A stretch of 64,000 bases of DNA from Chitinophaga pinensis (GCA_945872085.1 CAMBYG010000001.1:34297-98296); one strand, 5' to 3'; counted from the first letter of the stretch, positions 40,560 to 51,146 are shown. Program-made: numbers and translations. Notes: generated by a model from the letters alone, not told the origin.

Positions 40560-42140
40560 ATGAAACGTAGAGAATTTTTAAAAATGGCCCCGGTAGCTGC
40601 AGCTAGCACCGCTATGATGATTAATGGCTTGCCCATTCAATCATTTGCAGAGCACCCTTTACTTCACTTGCTAGCCAAACAAACACAAGCTAATGGCCGT
40701 GTTATGGTTTTTGTGCAAATGAATGGTGGTAACGATGGTTTAAATACCCTTATTCCATTAGATCAATATAGTGCCTTATCTACAGCAAGAGGCAACATCT
40801 TAATTCCCCAAAACCAAGTGCTCCCACTTGCTGGCTTCCCTAATACGGGCTTGCACCCTGCCATGAATAAAGTACGCGATATGTATGTAAATGGCATGGT
40901 TAATTTAGTACAAAGTGTAAGTTATCCTACACCTAATTTTTCGCATTTTAGAGCAACCGATATTTGGTTGACAGCATCTGACTCCAATCAGTATTTAGAT
41001 ACCGGTTGGTTGGGGCGTTATTTAGACAATGAATATCCGGGTTTCCCAATGGGCTACCCAAATGCTTCAATGCCAGATCCCTTAGCTATTCAAATTGGTT
41101 CTAGTGTGTCATCTGTTTTCTCAGGCAACAACGTAAACATGGGTATGGCAATTTCCGATATCAATAGTTTCTATAACATTGTAAACAACTCGGTAGATCC
41201 GGCACCTAATACACCAGCTGGGCATGAGCTTACTTTCTTACGCTATATCTCTCAACAAACACAACAATACAATGCTGTTTTACAAACAGCAGCTAGTAAC
41301 GCAAGTAATCTTTCTAATCAATACCCTAGCGGAAATAATTTAGCTGACCAGTTGAAAATCGTTGCTCGATTAATAGCTGGCGGATTAAAAACTCCGCTTT
41401 ATATTGTTAGCATTGGTGGTTTCGATACCCATTCTATTCAAGTAGACCCTACTGACCATTCTATAGGTGCACATGCTACGCTATTAAAAAAATTATCAGA
41501 TGCTGTTTATGCATTTTATGATGATTTAAAACTGCATGGCAAAGATGATAAAGTGGCTACCGCTACCTTCTCAGAATTCGGAAGAAGAATCAATTCTAAT
41601 TCTAGTGGGGGTACCGACCATGGAACAGCTGCACCAGTAATGGTTTTCGGAAAATCTGTGAATCCTGGCATTATAGGCTTTAACCCAATAATTCCAAGCA
41701 CCGTTACTACGAGTGATAATTTACCTATGCAGCACGACTTCCGATCGGTGTATGCAGCTATTTTAGCAGACTGGTTTGATTTGCCAACTAGTGCAGTGAA
41801 TAACATCCTCTTAAAATCTGTCCCAATTCCTCCTATTTTCAAAAAAGTAAATGGCGTTGCTAATACGCTAGAAGGTGGGGATAATGAAGCTTTAGGACAA
41901 AATGCACCAAACCCAATGACTAATAATACACATATTCCGTTTTATTCAGACGGATCGCATGTATTGATTGAATTGTTCAATATGGAAGGCCGTGTAGTAC
42001 AAACCTTAATGAATCAGGTTGTAGAGCGCGGAGCACATGAGTTGATTCTTTATAGAAATGATTTACCTGCTGGCACGTATGTTTACAAATTAATAAATGG
42101 TAAAATTACCAGCAGTAGAAAACTACTCCTTGTTGATTAA
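40560..42140 (+). CDS. DUF1501 domain protein with twin-arginine signal and C-terminal T9SS type A sorting domain
   Basis: Tat motif MKRREFLKMAPVAAASTAMM...SFA-E. DUF1501 core (GGFDTHS, GTDHG). C-terminal ~80 aa NAPNP....IELFNMEGRVV...LPAGTYVYKLINGK...KLLLVD resembles TIGR04183-type CTDs. Confidence 0.75.
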   Translation: MKRREFLKMAPVAAASTAMMINGLPIQSFAEHPLLHLLAKQTQANGRVMVFVQMNGGNDGLNTLIPLDQYSALSTARGNILIPQNQVLPLAGFPNTGLHPAMNKVRDMYVNGMVNLVQSVSYPTPNFSHFRATDIWLTASDSNQYLDTGWLGRYLDNEYPGFPMGYPNASMPDPLAIQIGSSVSSVFSGNNVNMGMAISDINSFYNIVNNSVDPAPNTPAGHELTFLRYISQQTQQYNAVLQTAASNASNLSNQYPSGNNLADQLKIVARLIAGGLKTPLYIVSIGGFDTHSIQVDPTDHSIGAHATLLKKLSDAVYAFYDDLKLHGKDDKVATATFSEFGRRINSNSSGGTDHGTAAPVMVFGKSVNPGIIGFNPIIPSTVTTSDNLPMQHDFRSVYAAILADWFDLPTSAVNNILLKSVPIPPIFKKVNGVANTLEGGDNEALGQNAPNPMTNNTHIPFYSDGSHVLIELFNMEGRVVQTLMNQVVERGAHELILYRNDLPAGTYVYKLINGKITSSRKLLLVD

Positions 42141-42161
42141 GCTCTAGCATTAACAAACAAA

Positions 42162-42192
42162 TAAAAAAGGCACTCAACAGAGTGTCTTTTTT
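42162..42192. terminator. Bidirectional terminator between DUF1501 and metK
   Basis: AGGCACTC aaca GAGTGTCT stem (one G-U pair) flanked by A/T runs. Confidence 0.75.
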
Positions 42193-42193
42193 A

Positions 42194-43477
42194 TTATTTA
42201 AGTTTAAATGCTTTTTTAACAGCATCTACGTAATCTAATTTTTCCCAAGTAAATAAATCAACTTTTACTTTCTTCTCATTGTCTTTTCCTTTGTTAAAAA
42301 CTTTAGTTACAGTTTCTGCTTTTCTACCCATATGGCCATAAGCAGCTGTTTCGCTATAAATTGGATTTCTCAATTTTAAACGTTGCTCAATAGCGTACGG
42401 ACGCATATCGAAAACCTTTTCAACTATTTTAGCGATAGCACCATCATTCATATTTACTTTAGAAGTGCCATATGTGTCAATGAAAATACCGCATGGTTTT
42501 GCTACGCCAATAGCATAAGAAACTTGCACCAATACTTCATCACATACACCTGCTGCTACTAAATTTTTTGCCACGTGACGTGTTGCATATGCAGCACTAC
42601 GATCTACTTTAGAAGGATCTTTACCAGAAAACGCACCACCACCGTGTGCACCTTTACCACCGTAGGTATCTACAATAATTTTTCTACCTGTCAAACCCGT
42701 ATCTCCGTGCGGTCCACCAATTACAAATTTACCCGTAGGGTTGATGTGGAACGTGATTTTATCGTTGAATAATTTTTGCAAAGCTGGTTTCAATTGTTTT
42801 TTCACTCTTGGAATAATTATGTTGATCACATCTTTTTTAATTTGATCTAACATTTTTTTATCCGATTTATCAAAATCATCATGTTGAGTAGACACTACAA
42901 TCGTATCGATACGCACTGGCGTATTATCATCGTTATACTCAATAGTAACTTGACTTTTAGCATCTGGACGTAAATACTTCATTTCTTTTCCTGCACGACG
43001 AGTACGAGATAATTCTTGAAGAATTTTATGTGCCAAATCTAATGCTAAAGGCATGTAATTGTCTGTTTCGCGCGTTGCATAACCAAACATCATACCTTGG
43101 TCGCCAGCACCTTGAGCATTCGCTAACGTTTCGAAATCTTTTTTCTTAGCATCCCGATCAACACCACGATTAATGTCTGCAGATTGTTCATGAATAGCCG
43201 ATAAAATACCGCATGAATTAGCTTCAAACATATATTCCGATTTCGTGTAACCAATTTCACGAATTACGCCACGAGCAATTTCTTGCACATCTAAATATGC
43301 TTTTGATTTTACCTCACCTGCCAATACTACTTGACCGGTAGTTACTAACGTTTCGCATGCTACTTTTGATTGTGCATCATACGCTAAAAAATTATCGATT
43401 AAGGCGTCCGAAATTTGATCGGCTACTTTATCTGGATGTCCTTCTGAAACAGATTCTGATGTAAATAAATAAGGCAT
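42194..43477 (-). CDS. metK: S-adenosylmethionine synthetase
   Basis: [13 protein letters not shown] and GGGAFSGKD motifs. Confidence 0.97.
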   Translation of the reverse strand: MPYLFTSESVSEGHPDKVADQISDALIDNFLAYDAQSKVACETLVTTGQVVLAGEVKSKAYLDVQEIARGVIREIGYTKSEYMFEANSCGILSAIHEQSADINRGVDRDAKKKDFETLANAQGAGDQGMMFGYATRETDNYMPLALDLAHKILQELSRTRRAGKEMKYLRPDAKSQVTIEYNDDNTPVRIDTIVVSTQHDDFDKSDKKMLDQIKKDVINIIIPRVKKQLKPALQKLFNDKITFHINPTGKFVIGGPHGDTGLTGRKIIVDTYGGKGAHGGGAFSGKDPSKVDRSAAYATRHVAKNLVAAGVCDEVLVQVSYAIGVAKPCGIFIDTYGTSKVNMNDGAIAKIVEKVFDMRPYAIEQRLKLRNPIYSETAAYGHMGRKAETVTKVFNKGKDNEKKVKVDLFTWEKLDYVDAVKKAFKLK

Positions 43478-43523
43478 TTTTGATTGTTTATTGTTAAAGG
43501 TTTAAAGATAATTAATTATTTTA

Positions 43524-45362
43524 TTACTCCACCGTTACCGATTTAGCTAAATTTCTTGGTTGGTCTACATTGCAACCACGTAAAATAGCAATATGATAGG
43601 ATAACAATTGAAGTGGTACAATGGTTAATAAAGGAGATAAAATTTCTTCTGTTGCTGGTATTTCTATAACATGATCGGCCAATGCTTTAATTTGTGTATC
43701 GCCTTCATTAACTATAGCAATAATTTTACCCTTACGTGCTTTTACCTCTTGCACATTCGAAACGATTTTTTCATATGCACTTTGGTTGGTAGCTAAAAAC
43801 ACCACCGGCATATTTTCATCAATCAATGCAATAGGACCGTGCTTCATTTCTGCAGCAGGATATCCTTCTGCATGGATATAAGAAATCTCTTTCAATTTCA
43901 ATGCGCCTTCTAAAGCCACGGGGAAATTATATCCTCTTCCGAGATACAAGAAGTTGCTAGCATCTTTATAAATAGCCGCTATATCTTGAATTTGTTTATC
44001 GAGCAATAAGATCTTTTCAATTTTAGATGGAATTTGTTCCATCTCGTATAAAATAGTTCTTAAGGCTGATTTAGTTATTGTACCTTTCTCAGCCGCTAAT
44101 TGCAGGGCTATTAAAGTAAGAATGGTTACTTGTGCGGTAAATGCTTTGGTAGATGCCACTCCAATTTCTGGTCCGGCATGGGTATAGGAACCTGCATGTG
44201 AAAGGCGCGCAATAGAAGAACCGATCACATTACAAATGCCATAAATCATGGCTTTGCGTTCTTTAGCTAATTCGATAGCCGCTAACGTATCGGCTGTTTC
44301 CCCAGATTGAGAAACGGCAAATACCACATCTTTTTCGGTAATGATAGGATTGCGATATCTAAACTCCGATGCATATTCTACTTCAACGGGCACGCGAGCC
44401 AAATCTTCAATTAAATATTCTGCAATCAAACTACTATGCCACGATGTACCACAAGATGTAAATATAAAACGATCTGCATGATTTAATCGATTGGCATATT
44501 CATCTACACCGCCTAATTTAATCCAACCACCCGTAGCACTCATTCTACCACGCATAGCATCCGCTACCACTTTCGGTTGCTCATGAATTTCTTTTAGCAT
44601 GAAATGCTCATAGCCACCCTTTTCTATCATCTCCAAATTCAATTCTAATTTTTGAATCTTCGGAGATTTTTCAACATTACCTAATGTTTTAATGGTAAAA
44701 TTACCATTTCTATGCACCACGGCATATTCTTGATCGTTGAGGTAAATTACATTCTTTGTATACTCAATGATGGGTGAAGCATCGGAGGCAATAAAAAATT
44801 CTTTATCTCCAATACCCAAAACCATAGGAGAGCCCTTGCGAGCTGCTATCATGCGGTCGGGATTTGACTGCTCCAATACAACAATGGCATAAGCGCCAAT
44901 TACTTGATTAAGCGCTATACGAATAGCTTCCTCTAAATCTACTTGTTCTTCTTTTTGTATTTCTTCAATGAAATTGACTAATACTTCCGTATCGGTATCC
45001 GATTTGAAGGTATACCCTCTGGCAATTAGCTCTTTTTTTAGAGCATCATAATTTTCAATGATACCATTATGAATAATAGCTAAGTTTCCAGAATTGGACA
45101 AATGAGGATGTGCATTTCTATCGTTTGGTTCGCCGTGGGTGGCCCATCTTGTATGGCCAATACCAATAGAACCCGTAGTATCACTATTACCAACGAAGTT
45201 TTCTAGATCAGAAACCTTGCCTGCTTTTTTAAAAACTTTTAATTCTTCTTTTATAACAGCTACTCCAGCACTGTCATACCCTCTATACTCTAGTCGTTTA
45301 AGACCTTTTATTAAAATTGGATAGGCATCTTGTTGGCCAATGTATGCTACAATTCCGCACAT
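43524..45362 (-). CDS. glmS: Glutamine-fructose-6-phosphate aminotransferase
   Basis: MCGIVAY N-terminal nucleophile, two SIS domains, C-terminal ...KSVTVE. Confidence 0.97.
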   Translation of the reverse strand: MCGIVAYIGQQDAYPILIKGLKRLEYRGYDSAGVAVIKEELKVFKKAGKVSDLENFVGNSDTTGSIGIGHTRWATHGEPNDRNAHPHLSNSGNLAIIHNGIIENYDALKKELIARGYTFKSDTDTEVLVNFIEEIQKEEQVDLEEAIRIALNQVIGAYAIVVLEQSNPDRMIAARKGSPMVLGIGDKEFFIASDASPIIEYTKNVIYLNDQEYAVVHRNGNFTIKTLGNVEKSPKIQKLELNLEMIEKGGYEHFMLKEIHEQPKVVADAMRGRMSATGGWIKLGGVDEYANRLNHADRFIFTSCGTSWHSSLIAEYLIEDLARVPVEVEYASEFRYRNPIITEKDVVFAVSQSGETADTLAAIELAKERKAMIYGICNVIGSSIARLSHAGSYTHAGPEIGVASTKAFTAQVTILTLIALQLAAEKGTITKSALRTILYEMEQIPSKIEKILLLDKQIQDIAAIYKDASNFLYLGRGYNFPVALEGALKLKEISYIHAEGYPAAEMKHGPIALIDENMPVVFLATNQSAYEKIVSNVQEVKARKGKIIAIVNEGDTQIKALADHVIEIPATEEILSPLLTIVPLQLLSYHIAILRGCNVDQPRNLAKSVTVE

Positions 45363-45368
45363 ATTTGA

Positions 45369-46766
45369 TTACTGAATTTTGGTATAGATGATATTCAATT
45401 TGATTTTACTGTTACTATGTTTGTACCCCCCAACCTTTAATCGGTATGCGCCAGGGAAACTAACCGTACCATTTAATCTCAAATGTACAGAATTTTTATT
45501 CTTTAAAATAGCACTTTGTAGTTCTCTTGGAATATTGAGGATATATTGATACACTTTCTGATTATTTACATAAGCCACTCTTCTTGTGCCGTCTATAAAA
45601 TTCAAAGGCTCATTGCTTGATGTAGGATAACGATCGGCAATCGTATAAACAGCACCCAAGCTATCGATACCCGATGGAAATAAACGCACTGGTGCTTCAA
45701 ACAAGGTATCTTCAGCACTAGTAGGTGCAAGTTGTGTGATCACTAATTCTGCTTTATTAATGACTGTTTTAGTAAGCTGCGGTAGTACTTTATCCAAACG
45801 AATGGTAATATCTCCGGCCGCACCTGGTTCGTTTTGAATCATGAAAATAGAATCGGATACTTTACCGGTAGCTGGGAAATAATTGGCAATAGGATAGTTT
45901 GAAAATGTTCTTTTAATCCAATTTGTATGAGCACAATAGCTCGATACAAAGCCAAATGAAGTACTTAGGGAATCGTCGGTATTATTGTGATAATAGAAAA
46001 TAATATTAGCTCTTGAATTTTGATCTAAACCATCTAATTTAAAATACGGAATAGCTCTTCCTGTTGCAGATGGTGTAGTGTCGGGCTCTACATAAATACC
46101 TTTAAACCAAGTAAGGAACGTTGGATAATCGGCAAACTTAGTACCTCCTGCATTGGCAAGAATACTATCGGCTATCCATGAATTTAATTTAATACGCAAT
46201 TGTGGTGCAACTTTCACGCCCCAAACTGTGGCACTATCCATTACTTTTCGAATATTCATTGTAGCCGATCCCATAGGCTTAGCTCTATTTACACCCAATT
46301 TTTGATTGGAGTAATACAGGCTATCTCTACTAAAAGCATCTTCTATTTGATATACATTAAGTTGCTGATTGACCGTAGCATTAGAATCGCCATAGATAAC
46401 CCCACTGTAAGGCAGCACTAAAATAGCAGAGTCGATAACCGGATTGGTACCGGCAAAAGTAAAAGAAGTGGTAGGCGGCACTATTTGAAAGAACGCACCC
46501 GCATAGGTTTTCCCGAAAAACGGATCGGCATTAATCACCCCTATTCCTTTAAAAATATCTGAGTTATAATAGTTATACCCTGTCAATACCGAATCATCGT
46601 TTACCGTAACGGTTAGAATAGAATCTAGCTCTAGTGCAAAGGTATTGATATTATCTACAGGTGGTATTACCGTAGAATTGATTAAGGTATCTTCTTTACA
46701 TGCCTGCAAGGAGCTAACTAATAGAATTACAGCTGATAGCTGAACAAAAAATGATGATGCCTTCAA
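45369..46766 (-). CDS. DUF4270-like lipoprotein/secreted protein
   Basis: Signal/lipobox-like N-terminus (..VSSLQAC). 465 aa. Conserved Bacteroidota position between the glycogen-synthase-like gene and glmS. Confidence 0.6.
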   Translation of the reverse strand: MKASSFFVQLSAVILLVSSLQACKEDTLINSTVIPPVDNINTFALELDSILTVTVNDDSVLTGYNYYNSDIFKGIGVINADPFFGKTYAGAFFQIVPPTTSFTFAGTNPVIDSAILVLPYSGVIYGDSNATVNQQLNVYQIEDAFSRDSLYYSNQKLGVNRAKPMGSATMNIRKVMDSATVWGVKVAPQLRIKLNSWIADSILANAGGTKFADYPTFLTWFKGIYVEPDTTPSATGRAIPYFKLDGLDQNSRANIIFYYHNNTDDSLSTSFGFVSSYCAHTNWIKRTFSNYPIANYFPATGKVSDSIFMIQNEPGAAGDITIRLDKVLPQLTKTVINKAELVITQLAPTSAEDTLFEAPVRLFPSGIDSLGAVYTIADRYPTSSNEPLNFIDGTRRVAYVNNQKVYQYILNIPRELQSAILKNKNSVHLRLNGTVSFPGAYRLKVGGYKHSNSKIKLNIIYTKIQ

Positions 46767-46802
46767 TGGAAATAATTTTATACGAAGATGGTAAAAGTAA
46801 CT

Positions 46803-47627
46803 TTAAGACTCTGTTAAGGTTTTGTACAATTCTAACAAATCAGTAACGTCGTTTGTCCAATTTTCATCATGCTGAATGATTTTCTTATAGCGACTTGGTT
46901 TTAACTCCGCTTTAAACGTTGGATTTAAATCTGCTTGTCCAGCCACTAATACATCTGCATATTTCATAGCACCCAAAGTCAATGCTTCATTGGTGCCTGG
47001 TGCAAACAATTCAAAATCTTTTTCTTTCATATCGGTATTCACCAAAGCCTTTTTATTAAAAGTAGCATTCAACGACTCCGCAAATTGATCGTTTTGTACC
47101 GTAAAAATAGATTTGGTATACCCAAAAACAGGGTCTTTTTTATAGGCTGTTTTAAGATATAAAGGTATTAAAGAAGTCATCCAGCCATGGCAATGAATAA
47201 CATGGGGAGGCCATCCAAATTTCTTAACGGTTTCTAAAGCGCTTTTAGCAAAGAAAATCATTCGATCGGCATTATCGTCGTAGAAATTTTCTTTATCATC
47301 TCTAAATTCAAATTTACGCTTGAAATAATCTTCATTATCCATAAAGTAAACCTGTAAGCGAGCATTTGGCAATGATGCCACTTTTATAATTAATGGATAA
47401 TCGTCTTTATCGATAATAACATTGATACCCGACAAGCGAACAACCTCATGTAATTTGTGTCTGCGTTCGTTAATCGTGCCAAAACGAGGCATAATCACAC
47501 GTATTTCAATACCTGCATCAAATGTTTTAATGGCTAACTTATTGAGAATATGAGCAAAGTCGGTAAGCTCTAAATAGGGTGATAATTCATTCGCTACGAT
47601 AAGCACTCTTTTTTTGTCTAAAGACAT
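46803..47627 (-). CDS. Short glycogen/starch synthase-like protein (N-terminal GT5 domain only)
   Basis: 274 aa. Starts like GlgA (KRVLIVANELSPY) and has HCHGWMTS, but there is no C-terminal GT-B half. Confidence 0.75.
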   Translation of the reverse strand: MSLDKKRVLIVANELSPYLELTDFAHILNKLAIKTFDAGIEIRVIMPRFGTINERRHKLHEVVRLSGINVIIDKDDYPLIIKVASLPNARLQVYFMDNEDYFKRKFEFRDDKENFYDDNADRMIFFAKSALETVKKFGWPPHVIHCHGWMTSLIPLYLKTAYKKDPVFGYTKSIFTVQNDQFAESLNATFNKKALVNTDMKEKDFELFAPGTNEALTLGAMKYADVLVAGQADLNPTFKAELKPSRYKKIIQHDENWTNDVTDLLELYKTLTES

Positions 47628-47657
47628 TTGAATCGAATTATATGGTAAAAATTTTAC

Positions 47658-47676
47658 TTACATGGATCACATGTAA
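47658..47676. repeat. Perfect inverted repeat TTACATG-N5-CATGTAA in a divergent intergenic region
   Basis: Read directly: ttacatg gatca catgtaa, between the glycogen-synthase-like gene (-) and panC (+). Confidence 0.6.
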
Positions 47677-47749
47677 TAGAAATAGGTTGCAAATTTACGA
47701 AATATTTGATTTCAATGCGTTATTTTGTGCCATTACTTAGTATCTACAT

Positions 47750-48601
47750 ATGGTAATTTTTAAAAAAGCAGCTGATTTACAGGCATTTATAGCAATGAAG
47801 CGAAGTGAAGAGCCCTTGAAATTAGGCTTTATTCCAACTATGGGAGCGCTTCATGAAGGCCATCTATCCCTTATTGCAGCTGCAAAGAAGCAACATTGCC
47901 TTACGGTTTGTAGCATTTTTGTAAACCCAACCCAGTTTAATGACCCGGAAGATTTTAAAAAATACCCGAGTACCCTCCCTGCCGATACCGAAGCTTTGTT
48001 GAATGCCCATTGCGATATTTTGTTCATACCCGATGTGCAGGAAATATACCCTGATGGATTTGATGCGGTAAAAAGTTATTCGTTTGCTTATTTAGAAACA
48101 ATTTTTGAAGGTGCTCAGAGGCCAGGCCATTTTCAAGGGGTTGGTAAAGTAGTAGCTCGTTTATTGGAACTCGTGCAACCACAATACTTATTTTTAGGCC
48201 AAAAAGATGCACAGCAATGCCTGGTCATTAAAGCGCTTATTAAACAAATGAATTGGGAACACAAAACAGCGGTTGTTATTGTGCCTACCGTAAGAAATGA
48301 ACAAGGTCTAGCCTTAAGTTCCCGCAATCTTAGATTAAGTGAAGCGGAACAAAAACAAGCACTTGCTCTTTATCAATCGTTACAACTTATTAAAGCTGCT
48401 AAATCAAACAACAATTTTGAGCATGCCAAACAAGCATGTATTGCTCTCCTTCAGCAAAATAATTGCGAGCTAGAATATTTAGCCCTTGCAGATGCTGCAA
48501 GCTTACAACCACTTTCTGATTTTGATAGGCAAAAAGAGATGATGGTAGTAATTGCAGCAAGAGTTGGTGCCGTTCGCCTCATCGACAATCTCTACATTTA
48601 A
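47750..48601 (+). CDS. panC: Pantoate-beta-alanine ligase
   Basis: PTMGALHEGHLSL motif; 283 aa. Confidence 0.95.
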   Translation: MVIFKKAADLQAFIAMKRSEEPLKLGFIPTMGALHEGHLSLIAAAKKQHCLTVCSIFVNPTQFNDPEDFKKYPSTLPADTEALLNAHCDILFIPDVQEIYPDGFDAVKSYSFAYLETIFEGAQRPGHFQGVGKVVARLLELVQPQYLFLGQKDAQQCLVIKALIKQMNWEHKTAVVIVPTVRNEQGLALSSRNLRLSEAEQKQALALYQSLQLIKAAKSNNNFEHAKQACIALLQQNNCELEYLALADAASLQPLSDFDRQKEMMVVIAARVGAVRLIDNLYI

Positions 48602-48614
48602 AAAATATTTGACA

Positions 48615-48646
48615 CAAAAAAGCCCTGAAATTCAGGGCTTTTTTAT
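48615..48646. terminator. Bidirectional terminator between panC and pyk
   Basis: A-run, AGCCCTGAA / TTCAGGGCT, T-run. Confidence 0.85.
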
Positions 48647-48647
48647 T

Positions 48648-50069
48648 TTATTTCACTCTAGAAATTTTCAGCATATTGGTTGGCAAATGCTCCTGAATAG
48701 GTGTGCTCCCGGTATGCACTACCACATCATCGGAGGTGAGCAATTGTTTTTCTTTTAGGATCTCCACTTGATCATTGAACATCGTATCCAAACTTTCCTC
48801 TTTATCATAATAAAAAGCTTGTACACCCCAACTCAAACTTAATTGATTGATCAAAGATTGTGTTTTAGTAAAGATGTATAATGGAGATTGCGGACGATAG
48901 CTAGACAACATAAATCCAGTATAGCCCGATTGGGTCATACCTATTAATGCATTGGCCTTTACTTCTTGAGAGATATTGCAGGCGTTATAACATAAGGCAT
49001 CGCTTAAGAAAGAAGGAGAATGCGGTTGCGGCGTCAGATTTCTATTATAAACCGTTTCTTCTTTTTCTACTTCTCTAATAATATCTACCATGGTTTTAAT
49101 AACCAATTCTGGATATTGACCCATAGCCGTTTCACCACTCAACATTACCGCATCGGCTCCTTCTAAAACAGCATTGGCAACGTCGGTAATTTCACTTCTA
49201 TTTGGTCGAGTACGATCTATCATACTTTCCATCATTTGGGTAGCAATAATAACCGGCTTAGCTCTGTGAATACATTTTCTTACAATTGTTTTTTGAATCA
49301 TCGGAATTTGCTCTAAAGGCAACTCCACACCCAAATCGCCTCGCGCAACCATCACGGCATCAGACGCTAAAATAATCTCTCTCAAATGCACTAAGGCTTC
49401 TGGCTTTTCTATTTTTGCAATGATCTTTGCCGTGCTTCCTTTTTCTTTTAATTTAACACGCAACTCGTGAATATCTTCTGGCCTTCTAACGAAGGAAAGA
49501 GCCACCCAGTCTATTTCTTGAGTTATAATAAAATCTACATCTGCCAAGTCTTTTTCTGTTAAAGAAGGCAATGAAATTTTGGTGTCGGGTAAATTAATTC
49601 CTTTTTTCGATGACAAAACACCTTCTGTAAGGGCTACTACTTTTACGCGCTTGTCATGCGTAATTTCTTCTACACGTACTTCAATTTTACCATCGTCTAT
49701 CAATATTTTTTCACCAATACGCACATCTTTATAAAAACCAGGATATGAAATATAAACTTGCTCTTTGGTACCTATGCATTTTTCATTGGTTAAATAAAAA
49801 GAGTCGCCCACTTTTAGGGGCAACGCATTATGCTCTATTTCTCCTACACGCAATTTAGGTCCTTGCAAATCGGCCAAGATGGCAATATTAAAAGGGAAAC
49901 CTTCATTAATTTTTTTGATATGGTCAATAACTTCTTTGTGTTGATCGTGAGAACCATGCGAAAAATTAAGTCTAAAAACATTAACACCCTCTTGCACTAA
50001 AGCTAATAATTTTTCGAAAGAATTACATGCTGGTCCAACAGTAGCAATGATTTTGGTTTTGTGTAACAT
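48648..50069 (-). CDS. pyk: Pyruvate kinase
   Basis: KIIATVGPA, NFSHG and MVARGDLGVE motifs; 473 aa. Confidence 0.96.
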   Translation of the reverse strand: MLHKTKIIATVGPACNSFEKLLALVQEGVNVFRLNFSHGSHDQHKEVIDHIKKINEGFPFNIAILADLQGPKLRVGEIEHNALPLKVGDSFYLTNEKCIGTKEQVYISYPGFYKDVRIGEKILIDDGKIEVRVEEITHDKRVKVVALTEGVLSSKKGINLPDTKISLPSLTEKDLADVDFIITQEIDWVALSFVRRPEDIHELRVKLKEKGSTAKIIAKIEKPEALVHLREIILASDAVMVARGDLGVELPLEQIPMIQKTIVRKCIHRAKPVIIATQMMESMIDRTRPNRSEITDVANAVLEGADAVMLSGETAMGQYPELVIKTMVDIIREVEKEETVYNRNLTPQPHSPSFLSDALCYNACNISQEVKANALIGMTQSGYTGFMLSSYRPQSPLYIFTKTQSLINQLSLSWGVQAFYYDKEESLDTMFNDQVEILKEKQLLTSDDVVVHTGSTPIQEHLPTNMLKISRVK

Positions 50070-50171
50070 AGATTAAAGTATTATAAATAGTATGAATAAA
50101 CGATAAAACAGCTGATATTTATCAAGATATGCTCAAAAATACGGTTTTTTAAGTTTTTATAGAATTACTTT

Positions 50172-50203
50172 TTTGTTATTGTTATTATAAACATGTATTT
50201 TTG
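50172..50203 (+). promoter_or_regulatory. Candidate promoter for atpG (TTTG-N20-TATTTTTG)
   Basis: The -33 TTTG at 50172-50175 and the -7 TAnnTTTG at 50196-50203. The ATG is 29 nt downstream. Confidence 0.5.
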
Positions 50204-50231
50204 CGCTCGAAAAAATGACAATTTTCCAACT

Positions 50232-51116
50232 ATGTCAGGTCAATTAAAAGAAGTTCGTTTAAGAATAAAATCGGTTAGCTCTACGCAGCAAATTACGAAA
50301 GCTATGAAAATGGTGAGTGCGGCAAAGCTTCGTAAAGCACAAGATGCGGTAACGCAAATGCGCCCGTATGCTCAGAAATTACAAGAAATGCTTAGCAATA
50401 TCGTGAGCAATTCTTCTTCTGATTCAGAATTAAAATTGGCAACAGAGCGCCCAATAGAAAAAGTTTTATTAATTGCCATTACTTCTGATAGAGGTTTATG
50501 TGGTGCTTATAATGCAAATGTAGTAAAACTAGCACGCCAACGCGTGAAAGAAGCGTATGCAAGCCAACACGCTAAAGGACAAGTGAGCATTTTACCGATT
50601 GGTAAAAAATCTTACGAAAACTTTACCCGTTTAGGCTTCCCAGTGGTAGATCGTTTTTGGGACTTATTTTCAAATTTAAGTTTTGAAAATGTGCGTGCCG
50701 CAGCTAACTATGCACAAGAAGAATTTATAAAAGGTACTTACGATAAAATTGAAATTGTATACAGCCAATTTAAAAATGCGGCTACACAAGAATTTATTTG
50801 CGAGCCTTACTTACCTATTCCAAAAGTAAGCAATGCTAATACGGCTGCTAAGTCCGACTTTATTTTTGAACCATCAGAAGAAGTGCTTGTTACCGAATTG
50901 ATGCCGAAAATTTTAAACACACAAGTATTCAAAGCTGTATTAGATGCACACGCATCGGAGCATGGTGCTCGTATGACAGCTATGGATAAAGCTAGTGAAA
51001 ACGCTAATGAATTATTACGCGGATTGAAAATTAGCTACAACCGTGCGCGTCAGGCGGCCATCACTACAGAGCTTACAGAGATCGTAAGTGGTGCAGCTGC
51101 TCTTCAAGGAGCATAA
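50232..51116 (+). CDS. atpG: F0F1 ATP synthase gamma subunit
   Basis: LKEVRLRIKSVSSTQQITKAMKMVSAAKLRKAQ N-terminus and a C-terminal ...RQAAITTELTEIVSGAAAL. The ATG at 50232 is preferred. Confidence 0.93.
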   Translation: MSGQLKEVRLRIKSVSSTQQITKAMKMVSAAKLRKAQDAVTQMRPYAQKLQEMLSNIVSNSSSDSELKLATERPIEKVLLIAITSDRGLCGAYNANVVKLARQRVKEAYASQHAKGQVSILPIGKKSYENFTRLGFPVVDRFWDLFSNLSFENVRAAANYAQEEFIKGTYDKIEIVYSQFKNAATQEFICEPYLPIPKVSNANTAAKSDFIFEPSEEVLVTELMPKILNTQVFKAVLDAHASEHGARMTAMDKASENANELLRGLKISYNRARQAAITTELTEIVSGAAALQGA

Positions 51117-51146
51117 CAACAAAGAACATTATAATCTTTAAATATT

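Noticed and set aside
43478-43523. Looked for a SAM riboswitch upstream of metK.
   Set aside because: Only 46 nt separate metK from glmS, which is too short for any SAM riboswitch class. No conserved helices were seen.
46803-47627. Considered calling the short glycogen-synthase-like gene a pseudogene.
   Set aside because: The ORF has a clean start and stop, no downstream remnant in other frames, and sits in a conserved Bacteroidota gene string.
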